In this document: piece by piece, positions 63,919 through 64,000 of the stretch
Position numbering within the stretch: the first letter of the stretch is position 1
How the letters are laid out: every line of letters begins with the position of its first letter
Virus record (IMG/VR): IMGVR_UViG_3300046490_000065
Location: 1 to 64,000 of that record
Strand: one strand, 5' to 3'
Origin: a virus
Taxonomy: Duplodnaviria; Caudoviricetes
DNA length: 64,000 bases
Program-made: the position numbers and the translations under genes
Notes under the pieces: generated by a model
Told to the model about the DNA's origin: nothing
The model's database searches: none
What the model saw: the letters and a program-made list of their open reading frames with translations, nothing else

Positions 63919-64000
63919 CTACATTCCCCACCCAGACCCGGCTGCGGATACAGCGTGGCCCCTAAGCCAGTTATAGGAGTACGATTGGAGTTCCTCTCGG
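63919..64000 (-). CDS. 3' end of an upstream virion-operon gene (partial)
   Basis: Open frame ...REELQSYSYNWLRGHAVSAAGSGWGM* on the structural strand. Confidence 0.4.
   Translation of the reverse strand, partial: REELQSYSYNWLRGHAVSAAGSGWGM

Noticed and set aside
1-64000. tRNA, rRNA, integrase/att site, reverse transcriptase (DGR/retron), inteins
   Set aside because: No supporting motifs seen by eye; tRNAscan and HMM searches would be needed to exclude them formally.

Overview
This 64 kb window looks like most of a GC-rich dsDNA tailed-phage genome with a podovirus-like virion module. The host is probably Acidobacteriota; this is inferred from one small protein family I associate with that phylum and from the signal-peptide style. 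Layout: (i) a leftward block of small genes at 1-3976, including a DnaQ-like exonuclease and a NUDIX hydrolase; (ii) a ~1 kb divergent non-coding region at 3977-5006 that holds a hairpin-dense candidate large RNA; (iii) a long rightward early/replication arm at 5007-30264 and 34464-43871, encoding a Ycf46-like AAA/DUF1257/DUF2997/radical-SAM module, beta clamp, RecT-like annealase, PD-(D/E)XK exonuclease, SF2 helicase, a HAD + 2H-phosphoesterase (Acb1-like) fusion, an initiator with internal iterons, DnaB, ThyX and a RusA-like resolvase; (iv) leftward virion genes at 30324-34390 and 43837-64000. Five free-standing HNH/EndoVII genes sit antisense to their host operons. No terminase, portal, capsid, integrase, tRNA, rRNA or CRISPR array was seen. 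The strongest unexplained signal is a 14-bp palindrome, GTCCAA(CG/CA/TG)TTGGAC, found 22 times (19 exact) about every 3 kb, both between genes and inside protein linkers. Other notable items are two NTPases with block-swapped motif order, two families of covarying intergenic hairpins, and the candidate ~650-nt structured RNA. All family assignments come from motif recognition by eye; no database search was run.
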